51,125 nucleotides of DNA from Calditrichota bacterium (GTDB lineage: Bacteria > Electryoneota > AABM5-125-24 > Hatepunaeales > Hatepunaeaceae). Position numbers and translations under genes: made by a program. Of this stretch, positions 34,786 to 45,800 are shown in pieces (position 1 is the first letter of the stretch; each line of letters opens with the position of its first letter). The notes under the pieces are model-generated. The model ran no database searches. It was not told the origin of the DNA and was given only the letters and a program-made list of their open reading frames with translations. The stretch spans positions 1 through 51,125 of the forward strand of contig VGIO01000002.1 of the NCBI GenBank assembly GCA_016867855.1, in the 5' to 3' direction.

Positions 34786-36510
34786 ATGTATTTCGATAAC
34801 TTAAGCCGTTGGCAAGCGCTGCTGGCGGCGGCGCGCGGCGACCGCCCGGCTGATGTCCTGCTCGCCAACGCCAACATCGTAAATGTCTTCGCCGGTCAAG
34901 TGGAATTCGGCTCAATTGCCTTAAGCGATGGCTGCATCGCGGGAATTGGCGATTATAAGGCTCTCGAAACGATTGACCTGCAAGGCGCCTATATCGCCCC
35001 GGGTTTAATCGAAGGACATATTCATATTGAGAGTTCCAAACTGACACCCCGTCGTTTTGCGGAAGCGGTTGCACCACACGGCACAACTGCTGCGATAGCC
35101 GACCCGCACGAGATAGCGAATGTCTGGGGAGTCGAAGGCTTGCGGTATATGATGAATGAGTCGCGCGGTCTGCCGCTGGACATATTCTATATGCTGCCGC
35201 CCTGCGTGCCGGCGACGGCAATGGAAACCGCCGGCGCCAGGCTGTCCGTTGAAGACCTGAAAATGTTTGGCGACGAGCCTAATGTGATAGGACTGGCTGA
35301 AATGATGAACTTCCCCGGAACTTACTCCGGCGATGCCGATATGTTGTCCAAAGCCGCACTGTTCCACGGCCGGCGTCCTATCGACGGCCATTCGCCAGGT
35401 CTCTCCGGATACAATCTTAACGCCTATCTGGCGGCCGGCCCGGCGACCGACCACGAATGCAACGCACTCGAAGAAGCGCGGGAGAAACTGGCACGCGGGA
35501 TGCGCATAATGCTGCGCGAAGGCAGCACCGCGCGCAATCTTAAGACTTTAGCCCCATTAGTAATACCGGCGACCGAGCGACGCTGCCTGCTGGTCAGCGA
35601 CGACCGCCGCGCCAGCGACCTGCACACCGAAGGACATTTGGATTATATTCTGCGTCAGGCGGTCAAAGCCGGCATCGATCCGCTGACCGCAATCCGAATG
35701 GTAACTTTAAATGCGGCTGAAACTTATGATTTAAAATATCGGGGAGGGATCCGACCGGGGTGGAAAGCCGATTTAGTGGTTTTTAATAACCTTGAGGAAT
35801 TTATTCCATTGATGGTATGGAAGGATGGATGCCGGATTGCCGAACACGGGAAACTCATCGTTCCACTGCAATCTGAATCGCATCATCAGCCGTTGCGGCT
35901 GTGTGTTCCACCGCTGGAGAGCGACGCCTTTGAAATCCCGGATAAACAGCGCCCAGTGCGGGTAATCCGCCTGGTGCCTGATAAAATCATCACTCACAGC
36001 GTTGTCTGTCAGCCCAAAGTCTCAGCCGGAATGTTGATTTCGGACATTGAAAATGACATCGTCAAATTAGTCGTAGTCGAACGTTACAGCGGCGCCGGAC
36101 GCTCAACCGCGGCATTTGTGCAGGGCTTCGAACTTAAATGCGGCGCTATCGGTTCGACCGTGGCGCACGATTCGCACAATATCATAGCCGCCGGCATCGA
36201 CGATAATTCTATTCACACGGCTGTCCGGCGTCTGACCGAAATCGGCGGCGGGCAGGTCGCCACCCTTGGCGACCGAATTTTAGCCGAGTTGCCTTTGCCG
36301 ATTGCCGGTCTGATGAGCGATGAACCGCTGGCTAATCTTGTCAAAAATGAAAATATCCTCTTGGCTGCGGCTTCACAACTGGGATGTCCGCTCAAAGACC
36401 CGTTTATGGCATTGAGTTTTTTAGCCTTGCCCGTCATTCCGGAATTAAAATTGACCGACCAGGGTTTAGTGGATGTGAATGAATTTAAAATTGTGCCTCT
36501 TTATGTGTAG
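34786..36510 (+). CDS. ade: adenine deaminase (amidohydrolase superfamily)
   Basis: 'ANANIVNVFAGQV', 'IDLQGAYIAPGLIEGHIHIESS', 'IADPHEIANV', and 574-aa length are typical of AdeC-type adenine deaminase. Confidence 0.85.
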   Translation: MYFDNLSRWQALLAAARGDRPADVLLANANIVNVFAGQVEFGSIALSDGCIAGIGDYKALETIDLQGAYIAPGLIEGHIHIESSKLTPRRFAEAVAPHGTTAAIADPHEIANVWGVEGLRYMMNESRGLPLDIFYMLPPCVPATAMETAGARLSVEDLKMFGDEPNVIGLAEMMNFPGTYSGDADMLSKAALFHGRRPIDGHSPGLSGYNLNAYLAAGPATDHECNALEEAREKLARGMRIMLREGSTARNLKTLAPLVIPATERRCLLVSDDRRASDLHTEGHLDYILRQAVKAGIDPLTAIRMVTLNAAETYDLKYRGGIRPGWKADLVVFNNLEEFIPLMVWKDGCRIAEHGKLIVPLQSESHHQPLRLCVPPLESDAFEIPDKQRPVRVIRLVPDKIITHSVVCQPKVSAGMLISDIENDIVKLVVVERYSGAGRSTAAFVQGFELKCGAIGSTVAHDSHNIIAAGIDDNSIHTAVRRLTEIGGGQVATLGDRILAELPLPIAGLMSDEPLANLVKNENILLAAASQLGCPLKDPFMALSFLALPVIPELKLTDQGLVDVNEFKIVPLYV

Positions 36511-36533
36511 ATGGTGTAAAATCAACATCATAA

Positions 36534-36576
36534 AAAACCGCCGCCGACTCTATTATGGCCGGCGGCGGTTTCTCTC
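36534..36576 (+). terminator. rho-independent terminator after ade
   Basis: 'ACCGCCGCCG' stem, 13-nt loop, 'CGGCGGCGGT', followed by 'TTCTCTC'. Confidence 0.7.
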
Positions 36577-36705
36577 TAGTGTTCAGTCCCAGAATTAACT
36601 AGTTCAGAGTTCACAGCTTCAGCGTGCGAGATGCTTCTTTTATAAACACGCTAAAGCGGTGAACTCTGAACTTTCTAATTCTATAGGTGATTCTGGGATT
36701 GAGCA

Positions 36706-36860
36706 CTAGCGCCTCGTTGCAAAAGAAACTGGCATTATAGTATAGACAGGAGGACAGGCGTCCCTGCCTGTCCACTTTGCAGCCATATCTCCCGGGACAG
36801 GCAGGGACGCCTGTCCTCCTGTCCGACACACTGGAAGCCATTAATGCAAGTGAACACTAG
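36706..36860. mobile_element. MITE-like palindromic element, copy B (inverted orientation)
   Basis: Reverse complement of the 19897-20051 element. Flanked at 36603-36668 by another hairpin ('GTTCAGAGTTCAC...GTGAACTCTGAAC'). Confidence 0.8.
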
Positions 36861-37548
36861 TCTTGTAATTTGAAAAATGATATTTCAATTTTCCGTGATA
36901 TCCCCGCGAAAGGTGTCGCGGCAGGATTGCCAATGTCGCTTTCAACTGGCTGCGTTCGACGATTATATCGAGGAAGCCTTTTCGAGGAGGAATTCGGCGA
37001 TAATTAGATAGTGTATTTACATAATTTAGTTTATTGTGAATTTCTAAATCGTGTTATGAATAATGTAAGAATTTAACATTATCATATTATCAATCACATA
37101 TTTCCATTATTTTCCAGACTTGCCTACTCCCCATCCTCCCATAAAACTAGCTACAAGCCCACCGATACCAGTCAATACTGGCGCTAAAATATCCTTTTCA
37201 TTTTTAAACAAGAATAGAACTATTAGAACAAGAACAACAACCTATAGTAATGATGCAAACCAATATCTTCTATTTGAGCGACTTTCAATGGCTTCATTTT
37301 CTTGGTTGCATTTATGGAGGTCGTATTCTCTTTCGTCGTGTTTAGAAGTAATTTCTAGAACTTGAGTTATATGTTCAGATGTAACCTTTTTCTGAATTGG
37401 ATTTATGGATGAGCCGATTGACATTCCCATAATCTCAAATAGTTTATCAGGCTTTGACTCGGCTAATTTTTACACGGCGCTTGGAAAGATCTCCTCGTCA
37501 TTAAGGGTTTTACTTACATCTAACGAATTCGGTTTATTATTACTTAAA

Positions 37549-37749
37549 TCAGATTCGCGATCTGTCATAGTTCGTCCCCTTTAAAAGATGCATAGAATAT
37601 CCGATATTGTTTTCAAAAGAAAGCGCATCGGATAATGTTTTGTCGATTTGGTTTTCGGCATATCGGGTTATAATATAACGAAGCAAGGCGAGCGCTTCAT
37701 CCTGATTAATAACGCCTTCGTTCACAACCTCTCTCAGCGAATTTACCAC
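37549..37749 (-). CDS. hypothetical small protein in the low-GC island
   Basis: 66-aa ORF with protein-like composition ('VNSLREVVNEGVINQDEALALLRYIITRYAENQIDKTLSDALSF...'). Lies in an island of about 35% GC. Confidence 0.3.
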   Translation of the reverse strand: MVNSLREVVNEGVINQDEALALLRYIITRYAENQIDKTLSDALSFENNIGYSMHLLKGTNYDRSRI

Positions 37750-37754
37750 TTTTA

Positions 37755-37955
37755 TTATTGCATCGGTGCAGCAAGAAAATCATCTGGCTTATTTCGCTGC
37801 TTGTTGAGCGCTGAGAGAAAAAACCGATAGAGATTAACTGCAAATTGTTCTTCATTCGAAGTTGTTTTCTCTTGGCTCTCTCTACTTTTTGCTGCCGTCT
37901 TGGGAGTTGATATCCAAAATATGGATGTGTCGCGCGGTTTTTCTTGATTTGACAT
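37755..37955 (-). CDS. hypothetical small protein in the low-GC island
   Basis: 66-aa ORF 'MSNQEKPRDTSIFWISTPKTAAKSRESQEKTTSNEEQFAVNLYRFFLSALNKQRNKPDDFLAAPMQ', immediately downstream of accD on the same strand. Confidence 0.3.
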   Translation of the reverse strand: MSNQEKPRDTSIFWISTPKTAAKSRESQEKTTSNEEQFAVNLYRFFLSALNKQRNKPDDFLAAPMQ

Positions 37956-38081
37956 TTGAAATAATTTTTATATGTGAATCTAATATAGGTAAGAATTTTT
38001 TCAAAACAAGCCACTAAGGAAATGGCTTACCTTTGATATTAAATAGGATTACTAAGATGTTTCTAAATTATACGATGTAGA

Positions 38082-38945
38082 TCATTTATGATTAGTCATT
38101 TCGTCCTTATCAATAAGATGAGTGAGTAAAATCGCCAGCATATCTTTCAGCTGACTGCGTTCGACGATTATATCGAGGAAGCCTTTTTCGAGGAGGAATT
38201 CGGCGGATTGGAAGCCTTCCGGCAGTTCTTGACCGATGGTTTGTTTGATGACGCGCGGACCGGCGAAACCGATGAGCGCGCGCGGCTCGGCGATATTGAT
38301 GTCGCCGAGCATTGCAAACGAGGCGGTCGTCCCGCCGGTCGTCGGATTAGCCATAATCGAGATGAATGGCAGCCGGGCGCGCGCTAGTTTGACCAGCGCT
38401 GCCGAGACCTTCGCCATCTGCATCAGGCTGAATACGCCTTCCTGCATCCGCATCCCGCCGGAGCAAGAGAGCGTTATCAGGGCGCGCTTATGCTCGATGG
38501 CGCGGTCGATGGCGCGGGCTAATTTTTCACCTACCACCGAAGCCACGCTGCCGCCCATAAAGCCAAAATCCATCACGCCTATTTCGACCGGCAAGCCGTC
38601 TAAAGCCCCCGATAGACAGCGGATAGCGTCGCCAAGCCCGGTCTGCGCCATCGACTTGGCAGTGCGGTCGGAATACTTGACGCTGTCCTTGAATTCCAAA
38701 GGGTCGGCGGATTTGATATGATTATCATGTTCAATGGTGCTGCCAGCATCGAGCAGGAGGTTGATGAACACCTGCGACGCGATGCGAAAATGATAGTGGC
38801 ATTTGGGGCAGACTTCCAGATTGCGCGCTAACTCTTTGCGGTAGAGTATTTCGCCGCAGGAGTCGCATTTGACCCAGACGCCGTCCGGCACCGGACGCTT
38901 CTCGTCGGCCGATAACGCCTCTTTATCGCGTTTGAACCAAGCCAT
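38082..38945 (-). CDS. accD: acetyl-CoA carboxylase carboxyltransferase subunit beta
   Basis: N-terminal zinc ribbon 'CDSCGEILYRKELARNLEVCPKCHYH' and the carboxyltransferase core 'GGSMG...'. 287 aa. Confidence 0.9.
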   Translation of the reverse strand: MAWFKRDKEALSADEKRPVPDGVWVKCDSCGEILYRKELARNLEVCPKCHYHFRIASQVFINLLLDAGSTIEHDNHIKSADPLEFKDSVKYSDRTAKSMAQTGLGDAIRCLSGALDGLPVEIGVMDFGFMGGSVASVVGEKLARAIDRAIEHKRALITLSCSGGMRMQEGVFSLMQMAKVSAALVKLARARLPFISIMANPTTGGTTASFAMLGDINIAEPRALIGFAGPRVIKQTIGQELPEGFQSAEFLLEKGFLDIIVERSQLKDMLAILLTHLIDKDEMTNHK

Positions 38946-39173
38946 TATATTAGTAAATGTTTGTAAATCTTGTTATTAATTAACCCGGCGCATTTGCGCC
39001 TATATTTGTTTAGGATAAATCAATATATCAAATAGCAAATGAAAGCGCAAGCAGATTTCAAATAAAGGATTCCTATAAAGTGTTATAGACAAGCCGGATT
39101 TACAAGTCACAACTGGTCGTGCCGGGTAAATTTACACTAATCCGGACGTTGAATTTAATATCCACCTTCCGCT

Positions 39174-39953
39174 TTACGCTATTGATTTTATATCCCGACT
39201 TTTAACTTTTTCCCATAGTCTCAGCCATCTCTGAGTCGTATTCCAGGCGTCGAACAGGGCTATGACTAAACCGGGTGTTCCGTCCAGAAAGCCGCCTTTG
39301 AAGATATAGCGGCGCACAAAGCGGATTGAAGGCTTGATAATTCCGTTTAACCAAATACTGCCGATGGTTGCGGTTTTTCCTTTTTTATGCAGGAATTCGG
39401 CTTCGAATTCAACATCGCGGATACCTTTACAGACAAGTGATTCGATAGTGATGTAAGGGTAATGCTCCAGCGGTTCTTCTAAATAGCCGACTTTGCCGTT
39501 GACCGTCAACCGCTCGTGAATGTGCGCGGCAGCAAATCGGCCTTTGCCGCGCTGGAACAGGCGCCGTTGATAGTCCGGATACTGGCTGCCATAGCGCAGC
39601 CATTTGCCCATCATAAAATTGCGGCGCGGAAGGTCGTATCCAACAGCGGACGGCGCAGCCAGCGCACGGCGAATCTCGCCGGCTAATAAATCCGGCACGA
39701 CTTCGTCAGCGTCCAAAATGAGGATCCAATCGCCGCAGCAAAAGTCGATGGCGTAGTTCTTATTTACATTCAGGTTGCTCAGGTTGGGCTGGACTGCTAC
39801 TTTTGCGCCGCGTCGGCGTGCGATTTCGCCGGTTTCGTCGGTAGAACTTGTATCGACGACCACGATTTCGTCAGCCCACTGCACGCTGCCCAAGGCACGC
39901 GGCAGGTTGCGCGCTTCGTTGTGGGCGATTATTGCGATGGAGATTTTAGGCAC
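39174..39953 (-). CDS. family 2 glycosyltransferase
   Basis: 'ISIAIIAHNEARNLPRAL...IVVVDTSSTDETGEIA' and 'ILILDADE' (DxD) are typical of GT2. Confidence 0.8.
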   Translation of the reverse strand: MPKISIAIIAHNEARNLPRALGSVQWADEIVVVDTSSTDETGEIARRRGAKVAVQPNLSNLNVNKNYAIDFCCGDWILILDADEVVPDLLAGEIRRALAAPSAVGYDLPRRNFMMGKWLRYGSQYPDYQRRLFQRGKGRFAAAHIHERLTVNGKVGYLEEPLEHYPYITIESLVCKGIRDVEFEAEFLHKKGKTATIGSIWLNGIIKPSIRFVRRYIFKGGFLDGTPGLVIALFDAWNTTQRWLRLWEKVKSRDIKSIA

Positions 39954-41220
39954 TTGCAGCCGCCCGGCGCTTGATTATATTCATAACTGCAAATGCTGTG
40001 CCGACCGTGAACCAGAGCATATTGGCGACTTCGGCGTCGGTCTGATAGTTTTGGAATAAGCCGGCAAAGAGGATGCCGATGACGACGGATAAGCCGGATT
40101 TGAGGACAATATCGCTGCCGCAGTCAACTCGCGGTAGTTGACTGCCCGCCCGATGATTTTCGCTGTCACCCGCAGAAGGTTGACAGCGAGTGATAACCTC
40201 GTATTGATCGCGAAAAAAATGCCCCATTGTATATATAATATACCCCCAAAGCGCTATAAACGCCAGCAGGGTCAAAATGCCTCCATCGACGGCGACCGAC
40301 AGCAAATCACAGTGCGGATGAGCGATGCTTAAGTATCGGCCCGGCGCGCCGTATGTCAAAAATGCCTCGCCCCAATTGCTTTGCCCAACACCGAACCATA
40401 AATTATGCTTAACGATGTTGAACGCCGATTTCCAAAGCAGTAAACGCGGACCTTCGCCGGCGGAACCGCCTTGGAAAATGTAGAGCAGACGAATCGCCAT
40501 TCCAGGCACAATCAGAAGCAGCAATAGCCCTCCAGCCGTCAGCACGCCCAAAGCCTTCCAACGCCAGCGAGGAGGCGCTAAGAAGACCAGTGTCAAAGCC
40601 CCAAAGGCATAGCCGACTAGGGCGCTGCGCGCAAAACTTACATACAATCCCACCGCACTTAAAACGATGCAGAATACCGCGCGTAAAATGTCGATGCGCC
40701 TGCTTCCGAAGGGAAATCGCGCCAGCGCGAGTAAGGCTGCGACCAGCGCCGCGCCGCCGTAAGTCAAATGATGGTTGAATGTTCCGAGCGCCATAAAGCC
40801 GCCGCTGTGATATTCGAGAAACTGCCCGCGCAACGGGTCCCAGCCTACCGCATTCTGCATAATCGCCAGCGCCGCCGCCCCCAGACCTCCGACCATCATC
40901 AAGTATAAACTCCGCTCACCGATACGGCGATCCCGCACCAGCGCCAGCGGGACTATAAGCGCCGACAGAACCCACTTGTCCTCCAGCCATTTATCGATAT
41001 GCTGCGGATAACCCGATAAAAATATAGCCGAGAAATCCAGAACAAGATAAGCCGCTAAAAACGCAAACAATAAGTATGATGCTGATGCTGATGGAAATGA
41101 TGATGATGATTTAGCGAATAGAGGATATAGCGCGCGGCGGCAGGCTAACAATAATCCGAATCCGAGCGCGATATTCGCAGCGGCAATCGAAATCGGCATA
41201 GACAGCGCAATGAGGGACAA
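39946..41220 (-). CDS. O-antigen ligase (WaaL/Wzy_C) family membrane protein
   Basis: More than 10 predicted TM helices. Periplasmic-loop motif 'SIAHPHCDLLSVAVDGGILTLLAF'. The Ser-rich N-terminal loop is encoded by in-frame (GATGAT/GCTGAT) repeats. Confidence 0.7.
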   Translation of the reverse strand: MSLIALSMPISIAAANIALGFGLLLACRRALYPLFAKSSSSFPSASASYLLFAFLAAYLVLDFSAIFLSGYPQHIDKWLEDKWVLSALIVPLALVRDRRIGERSLYLMMVGGLGAAALAIMQNAVGWDPLRGQFLEYHSGGFMALGTFNHHLTYGGAALVAALLALARFPFGSRRIDILRAVFCIVLSAVGLYVSFARSALVGYAFGALTLVFLAPPRWRWKALGVLTAGGLLLLLIVPGMAIRLLYIFQGGSAGEGPRLLLWKSAFNIVKHNLWFGVGQSNWGEAFLTYGAPGRYLSIAHPHCDLLSVAVDGGILTLLAFIALWGYIIYTMGHFFRDQYEVITRCQPSAGDSENHRAGSQLPRVDCGSDIVLKSGLSVVIGILFAGLFQNYQTDAEVANMLWFTVGTAFAVMNIIKRRAAASA

Positions 41221-41248
41221 CGCCAGGCTCTCAATGGCGCGCCATTTT

Positions 41249-42361
41249 TCATCTGATGGCAGGTTCAGCGGCAGCCTCTAATAGTAATATTTCGTCGATT
41301 AGTCGCTGGATTTGGGTGTCATCAGCCATCGCGCTGCCGCGCAAATCCGCAGCGCGATGCAACGGACTCTCCGGTGGAATCCACTGCGCCGGGGCGTCCT
41401 TGCCGCAGAAGATAGAATAGGTCGGCGTCTTAACCGCGACAGCAGTATGCAGCAGACCATTCTCGCCGGTCAGCACAATGCGACACCGTTTCATCAATGC
41501 CGCGGCTTTGAGTATATCCAGCGCGCCAGCCCATTCGACGCGCCCGCCTTCGATTTGCTTAAGATTAGCCAGATAACTATGCTCATTAGGCGCGGCAAAT
41601 AAGATAAAAACAGTTGGCAGCCGGTCATTCAGAGCCGTTATGAGCCGCCGCCAATTTTCAATACTCCACATCCTTGAGGCGCGCTTGCAATACGGCGCCA
41701 GTCCTATTACTCTATACTGCGGTGAATTATTTCCATCGACCGCCGATTCACTCTCTCCAATGTTATTGCCGGGAGATTTTGAGGATATGGAATCTTTGTT
41801 TGTCACCGCACGAATTCTGCCGATGCTAATGCCTTTCTTCCCCAGCCAATCCTGCGCCCAATCATCGTCCTCATTCAATGGGAATAATTCTGGCTGCGGC
41901 TCAACTAAATTGTGAATTCCTAATTCGCTTAAGAACCGCGCCTTAATCAGCGGCGCGTAAATCGTTTCTTTTGGGCGAAGAATGCGGTGGTTGAAAGCCC
42001 AACGGCGATAGGGTATGTCCCAGCCCAGACGAAATTTGGCGCCACTCAATCGTGTGAGCCAGCCCGACCCCGGCGTCGATAAAAAATCCAGCGCGTAATC
42101 GTAGCGCTCTTTTCGTAACTGCTGGACGATATTCAGATATTTCAAAAGATGCGAACCGCGCGCCGGGGAGATAATTATATGCCTAAGATATGGATTATGG
42201 CGCAGCGCCGAAGCCGGCAGCGCTTCGACTAAGATATCAATATGGACAGCGGGATGGGCTTGCTTGACCGCGCGGATAATCGGCGTCGTAAGAAGGACAT
42301 CCCCCATTGCGCGCAGAGCAACTATGAGCAGCCTGCCACCCTCTTTTATGAATAGCGACAT
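41249..42361 (-). CDS. family 9 glycosyltransferase (LPS heptosyltransferase-like)
   Basis: N-terminal 'LLIVALRAMGDVLLTTPIIRAVKQAHPAVHIDILV' and C-terminal 'GENGLLHTAVAVKTPTYSIFCG' are typical of RfaF/WaaC-type GT9. Confidence 0.75.
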   Translation of the reverse strand: MSLFIKEGGRLLIVALRAMGDVLLTTPIIRAVKQAHPAVHIDILVEALPASALRHNPYLRHIIISPARGSHLLKYLNIVQQLRKERYDYALDFLSTPGSGWLTRLSGAKFRLGWDIPYRRWAFNHRILRPKETIYAPLIKARFLSELGIHNLVEPQPELFPLNEDDDWAQDWLGKKGISIGRIRAVTNKDSISSKSPGNNIGESESAVDGNNSPQYRVIGLAPYCKRASRMWSIENWRRLITALNDRLPTVFILFAAPNEHSYLANLKQIEGGRVEWAGALDILKAAALMKRCRIVLTGENGLLHTAVAVKTPTYSIFCGKDAPAQWIPPESPLHRAADLRGSAMADDTQIQRLIDEILLLEAAAEPAIR

Positions 42362-42378
42362 AAATAGTTACGCATAAA

Positions 42379-42603
42379 TAAGATTGAGTCACTCTGATCG
42401 AAGTGAATAGTCTCGTCCCCTGTGAACATACGAGACAAGATGCTTCGCTAGTGTTCACTTGCATTAATGGCTTCCAGTATGTCGGACAGGAGGACAGGCG
42501 TCCCTGCCTGTCCCGAGAGATCTGGCTGCAAAATGGACAGGCAGGGACGCTTGTCCTCCTGTCCATACTATAAATGCCAGTTTCTTTTGCAACGAGGCAC
42601 TAG
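42379..42603. mobile_element. composite repeat: 'AAGATTGAGTCACTCTGATCGAAGTGAATAGTCTCG...' hairpin module (42379-42447) fused to MITE copy C (42448-42603)
   Basis: The first module is related to 3314-3400 and 49353-49430. The second is near-identical to the MITEs at 19897, 36706 and 50116. Confidence 0.8.
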
Positions 42604-42764
42604 ACGAGACACTTCCATCTGCCTGCGCAGAGATTAACATAACGCTTGCGACAATGCAAACCGACTTCCGCGCAATGTAAATAATTTCAGTTTTAATATA
42701 ATATTAGTTAAGTCCAGTCAAAACTATTCGCAGCATATTCGGCTTGCAGTAATAAATATTCACC

Positions 42765-42812
42765 CAAAAAAACCGCCGCCCCGACTCAGACGAGCGAGGC
42801 GGCGGCCTTTCA
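42765..42812 (-). terminator. rho-independent terminator of the Ig-repeat lipoprotein gene
   Basis: Minus-strand reading 'GCCGCCGCC-loop-GGCGGCGG' followed by 'TTTTTTTGGG'. Confidence 0.7.
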
Positions 42813-42851
42813 CATCCTATAGCCCAACCATTCCATCCCTCTTTAGCATAA

Positions 42852-45800
42852 TCATCGTCTTGTGAAATACACGAACACCGGCTCGGCGCGCACATCTTCG
42901 TAGCCCTCCACCGACGCCGTCACTTGCGCGTCTTCGACGATGGTGATGTCGTCGAGGAAGAAGTCGTTCATCACGCCACGCAGATAGACGGTGGCTTGCC
43001 CTGGCAGTTCATTGTGCAGCGCGTCTTGCACGCCGGTCAACTTGCGCGCCGGATTCGGGTAGAACGGGATATAAGAGCGACTCTGGTTATTGAACCAATA
43101 CAACTGCGAGCGGTCGGTGAGGAATAAGACCGGCGCGTTGTTGATTTCTACTAAATGTCCGTCCTTCAGCACCGCCCAGACGCGGATGCTGGCGATATCG
43201 TTAGGCCTTGAGCGCTCAAAGCGCCAGTTGCCGGGGTCAAGGTTCAGTTCCAAGACGCCGTCTTGCAGCGGCAAGGTGTGCAGTTTCGAGCCGGTGATGC
43301 GCCCAAGCGGAGTCGCTACTGAAGTCGTAATCGTCACCTGGGAAAAAGTAACGCCGCTCTGATAGATTAAATTAGCGTAAGCCAGACCGGGTTCGGATGT
43401 GTTAACGCTGCTTCTGTTGCCGGTGTAGCCGCTGCTGATGCTCGCAATCGCCGGGTCAACCGTGAATACGACCGGGATGTTATCCGCCACCGGATTACGA
43501 TACATATCGAAGACCCGCGCCGAGACCTCGATTTTCCAGGCGCCGCCCAAGGCGTTGCTGCCATTGTTGTTGACATCGATGTCGAGCGAGAACGGCGGTC
43601 CGGACACGACCATTATCGTCGCCAAGGTAACTTCGACCAGCGCTGTGCGGGCGTCATCGCCCCAGGTATAGGCGCGAATCACCTTACCGCCAACCTGCAG
43701 ACCGGAGTTCAACGAAACGACGGCCCGGCCGTGAGCTGTCAACGCTGAATCGATTTGCCCACGATTGTTGATGTTGCAGCCGCCCGGCACAGGCGGTTCG
43801 TTCAACAACTGGAAATAGACGATGGTCGGTTGTTCGACTGGATTACCATTGGCGTCTTTAACTATGGCTGTCAAAGTCGAAGTCGATGTCCCGCCAGTGC
43901 CGGCGACAGCGATATTAAGCGGATTGGCAGATAGTTCGATAGAATTCGGCCGTCCGGCGACGAAGGTGACCGTCGTTCGGCCTTCGATAGTCCCAACCGC
44001 TGCGGTTATTTCGCAGAGTCCGGCTTGCACGCCTGCCGAAAGACGCGCTACTGCAATACCGTGGGCATTGGTGATAGCCGATGGTGTGATGTTGCCCAGC
44101 GAGGCGGCAAAACGCACCAGCGTCCCCGAGGCGACCGGATTGCCGACCGTATCCACCACTAATGCCGACACTGTCGAATAACTGTCGGGATTGTTAGTTA
44201 TGAGCCGTTCCGGGTCGGCTGAAACGACTACCCGCCGCGGCGGTCCAGGTATGAGTTCGATAGACACGGGATTGGATTCGAGAATGTTGTCTTCGTTTTG
44301 AACCGAGGCTTTGAGGACAGCCTGTCCGACAGCGCTGCCGGAGATATATTTAGTCTCGGCGATGCCGTAGTTGCCGGTAATAGGCACGGCAGCGCTGGCA
44401 AAGCGTCCGATATTGGACTCAAACCTCACCAAAGTTCCCGCTGGCGCGAAATCGTTGTTGGCAAGGAAGCAGGTGGCGATTATTGAAGTCGAATCGCGCC
44501 CGCCGGCGTTCAGTCTGTCCACCGCCGACTGCAAGGTAATCCTCGCCACAGGATTGCGCGGCAGAATGGTGATTTCTACGCTCGCCTGCAGGGCTAAGGG
44601 ATTGTATTTCGCCGAAATCACTGCCGGAACGATGCGCCCTTCTTCGTTTAAAGACGGCATTCCGATGTCGCGGAAGATAGCCCGCGCGATGCCCAGCGAG
44701 TCGGTTGTTACCGGCGAATTGACCGTGCCGTGCGTCTTGGTGAAGATAATCTGCTTGCCGGCCAAGGCTTGTCCCTCTTCATCCGAGAGAAGCGCTGTCA
44801 GCGCAGCGTAGGTCAGCCCGTTGTCGGCGTAAATCGACTCCCGGTCGGTCGTCAGCGTCAATCGGCCGCGGTTGCCGACGGCTTGCTGGACGACGATGCG
44901 CACTGCTCGCTCAAATTGTGTGCCTTCTATAGAGGCTTTGACAACCGCTTCGCCGGTTTCGTAGTTGCTGCGAAAGACGGCGCGGGCGATGCCTCCGGCG
45001 TCGGTCGCTGTAATATTAGACAGCGCGCCCCGCGTGGTCGTGAATTTGACGAACACGCCTTCGACGGCATTATTCTCATCGTTGCGTACAACGGCTTCGA
45101 TATTTGAAACACCATTGGAGTCGGGTGGCAGATTCAGGAAGTCGGGAAATGCTCGCAGCGACAACGACGAGATTTCCGCCAGCAGTTCGCGCGCTTCGAT
45201 GATGATTTCATCGAAGATTTCATTATCGTCGGCGCCGGCTGGGCGGCAGCCGCCTTTATCCGGATCTGGCTGCGGCTGTCCTGACCAACCGGAAGGCAGC
45301 ACTTTAACCTTGACGCGCTGCTTACCAAACTGACCGAGAGAATGAAAGACGGCGTCAGCGCGGCCGTTGCCGTCGGTCGTGTCGAGCGCGGTGAGCGAGC
45401 CGAAGGTCGGCTGGCTGTTCAGCGGCAACGCCTCGAAAGCGACCGTCGTTCCAGAGACGGCCTTTCGATTGGCATCAACTACCGTCGCAGTCAAATTGAT
45501 AACGGCATCGACGCCGCGCGCCGCCCGCACAAACGGCGTCGGGGTAGTCAGCGTGATATAGGCGTTGACGCCGGTGGCGCGAATCTCTATAGTAGTGCGC
45601 GCGGCGCTGTCGCCGACTTGCGCCACGATAGCGCATAAGCCGTATTTGTTGACGATGCTGGTGAAGGTGCGGGTTACACGGCCGTTATTATCCGTTGTCG
45701 CGGTGTCGGAGTCAACATAGCCGAGTCCGGGCGGGTCGGTGCGGAAGCGAATCATCATCCCTGAAAGAGCCGTGCCTTGCTCATCGACTAAAGTCGCGGT

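Noticed and set aside
34398-34804. ORFs 34398-34598 and 34520-34804 upstream of ade
   Set aside because: They overlap the nested palindromic repeat element and have no conserved motifs. The region is best interpreted as non-coding repeat DNA.
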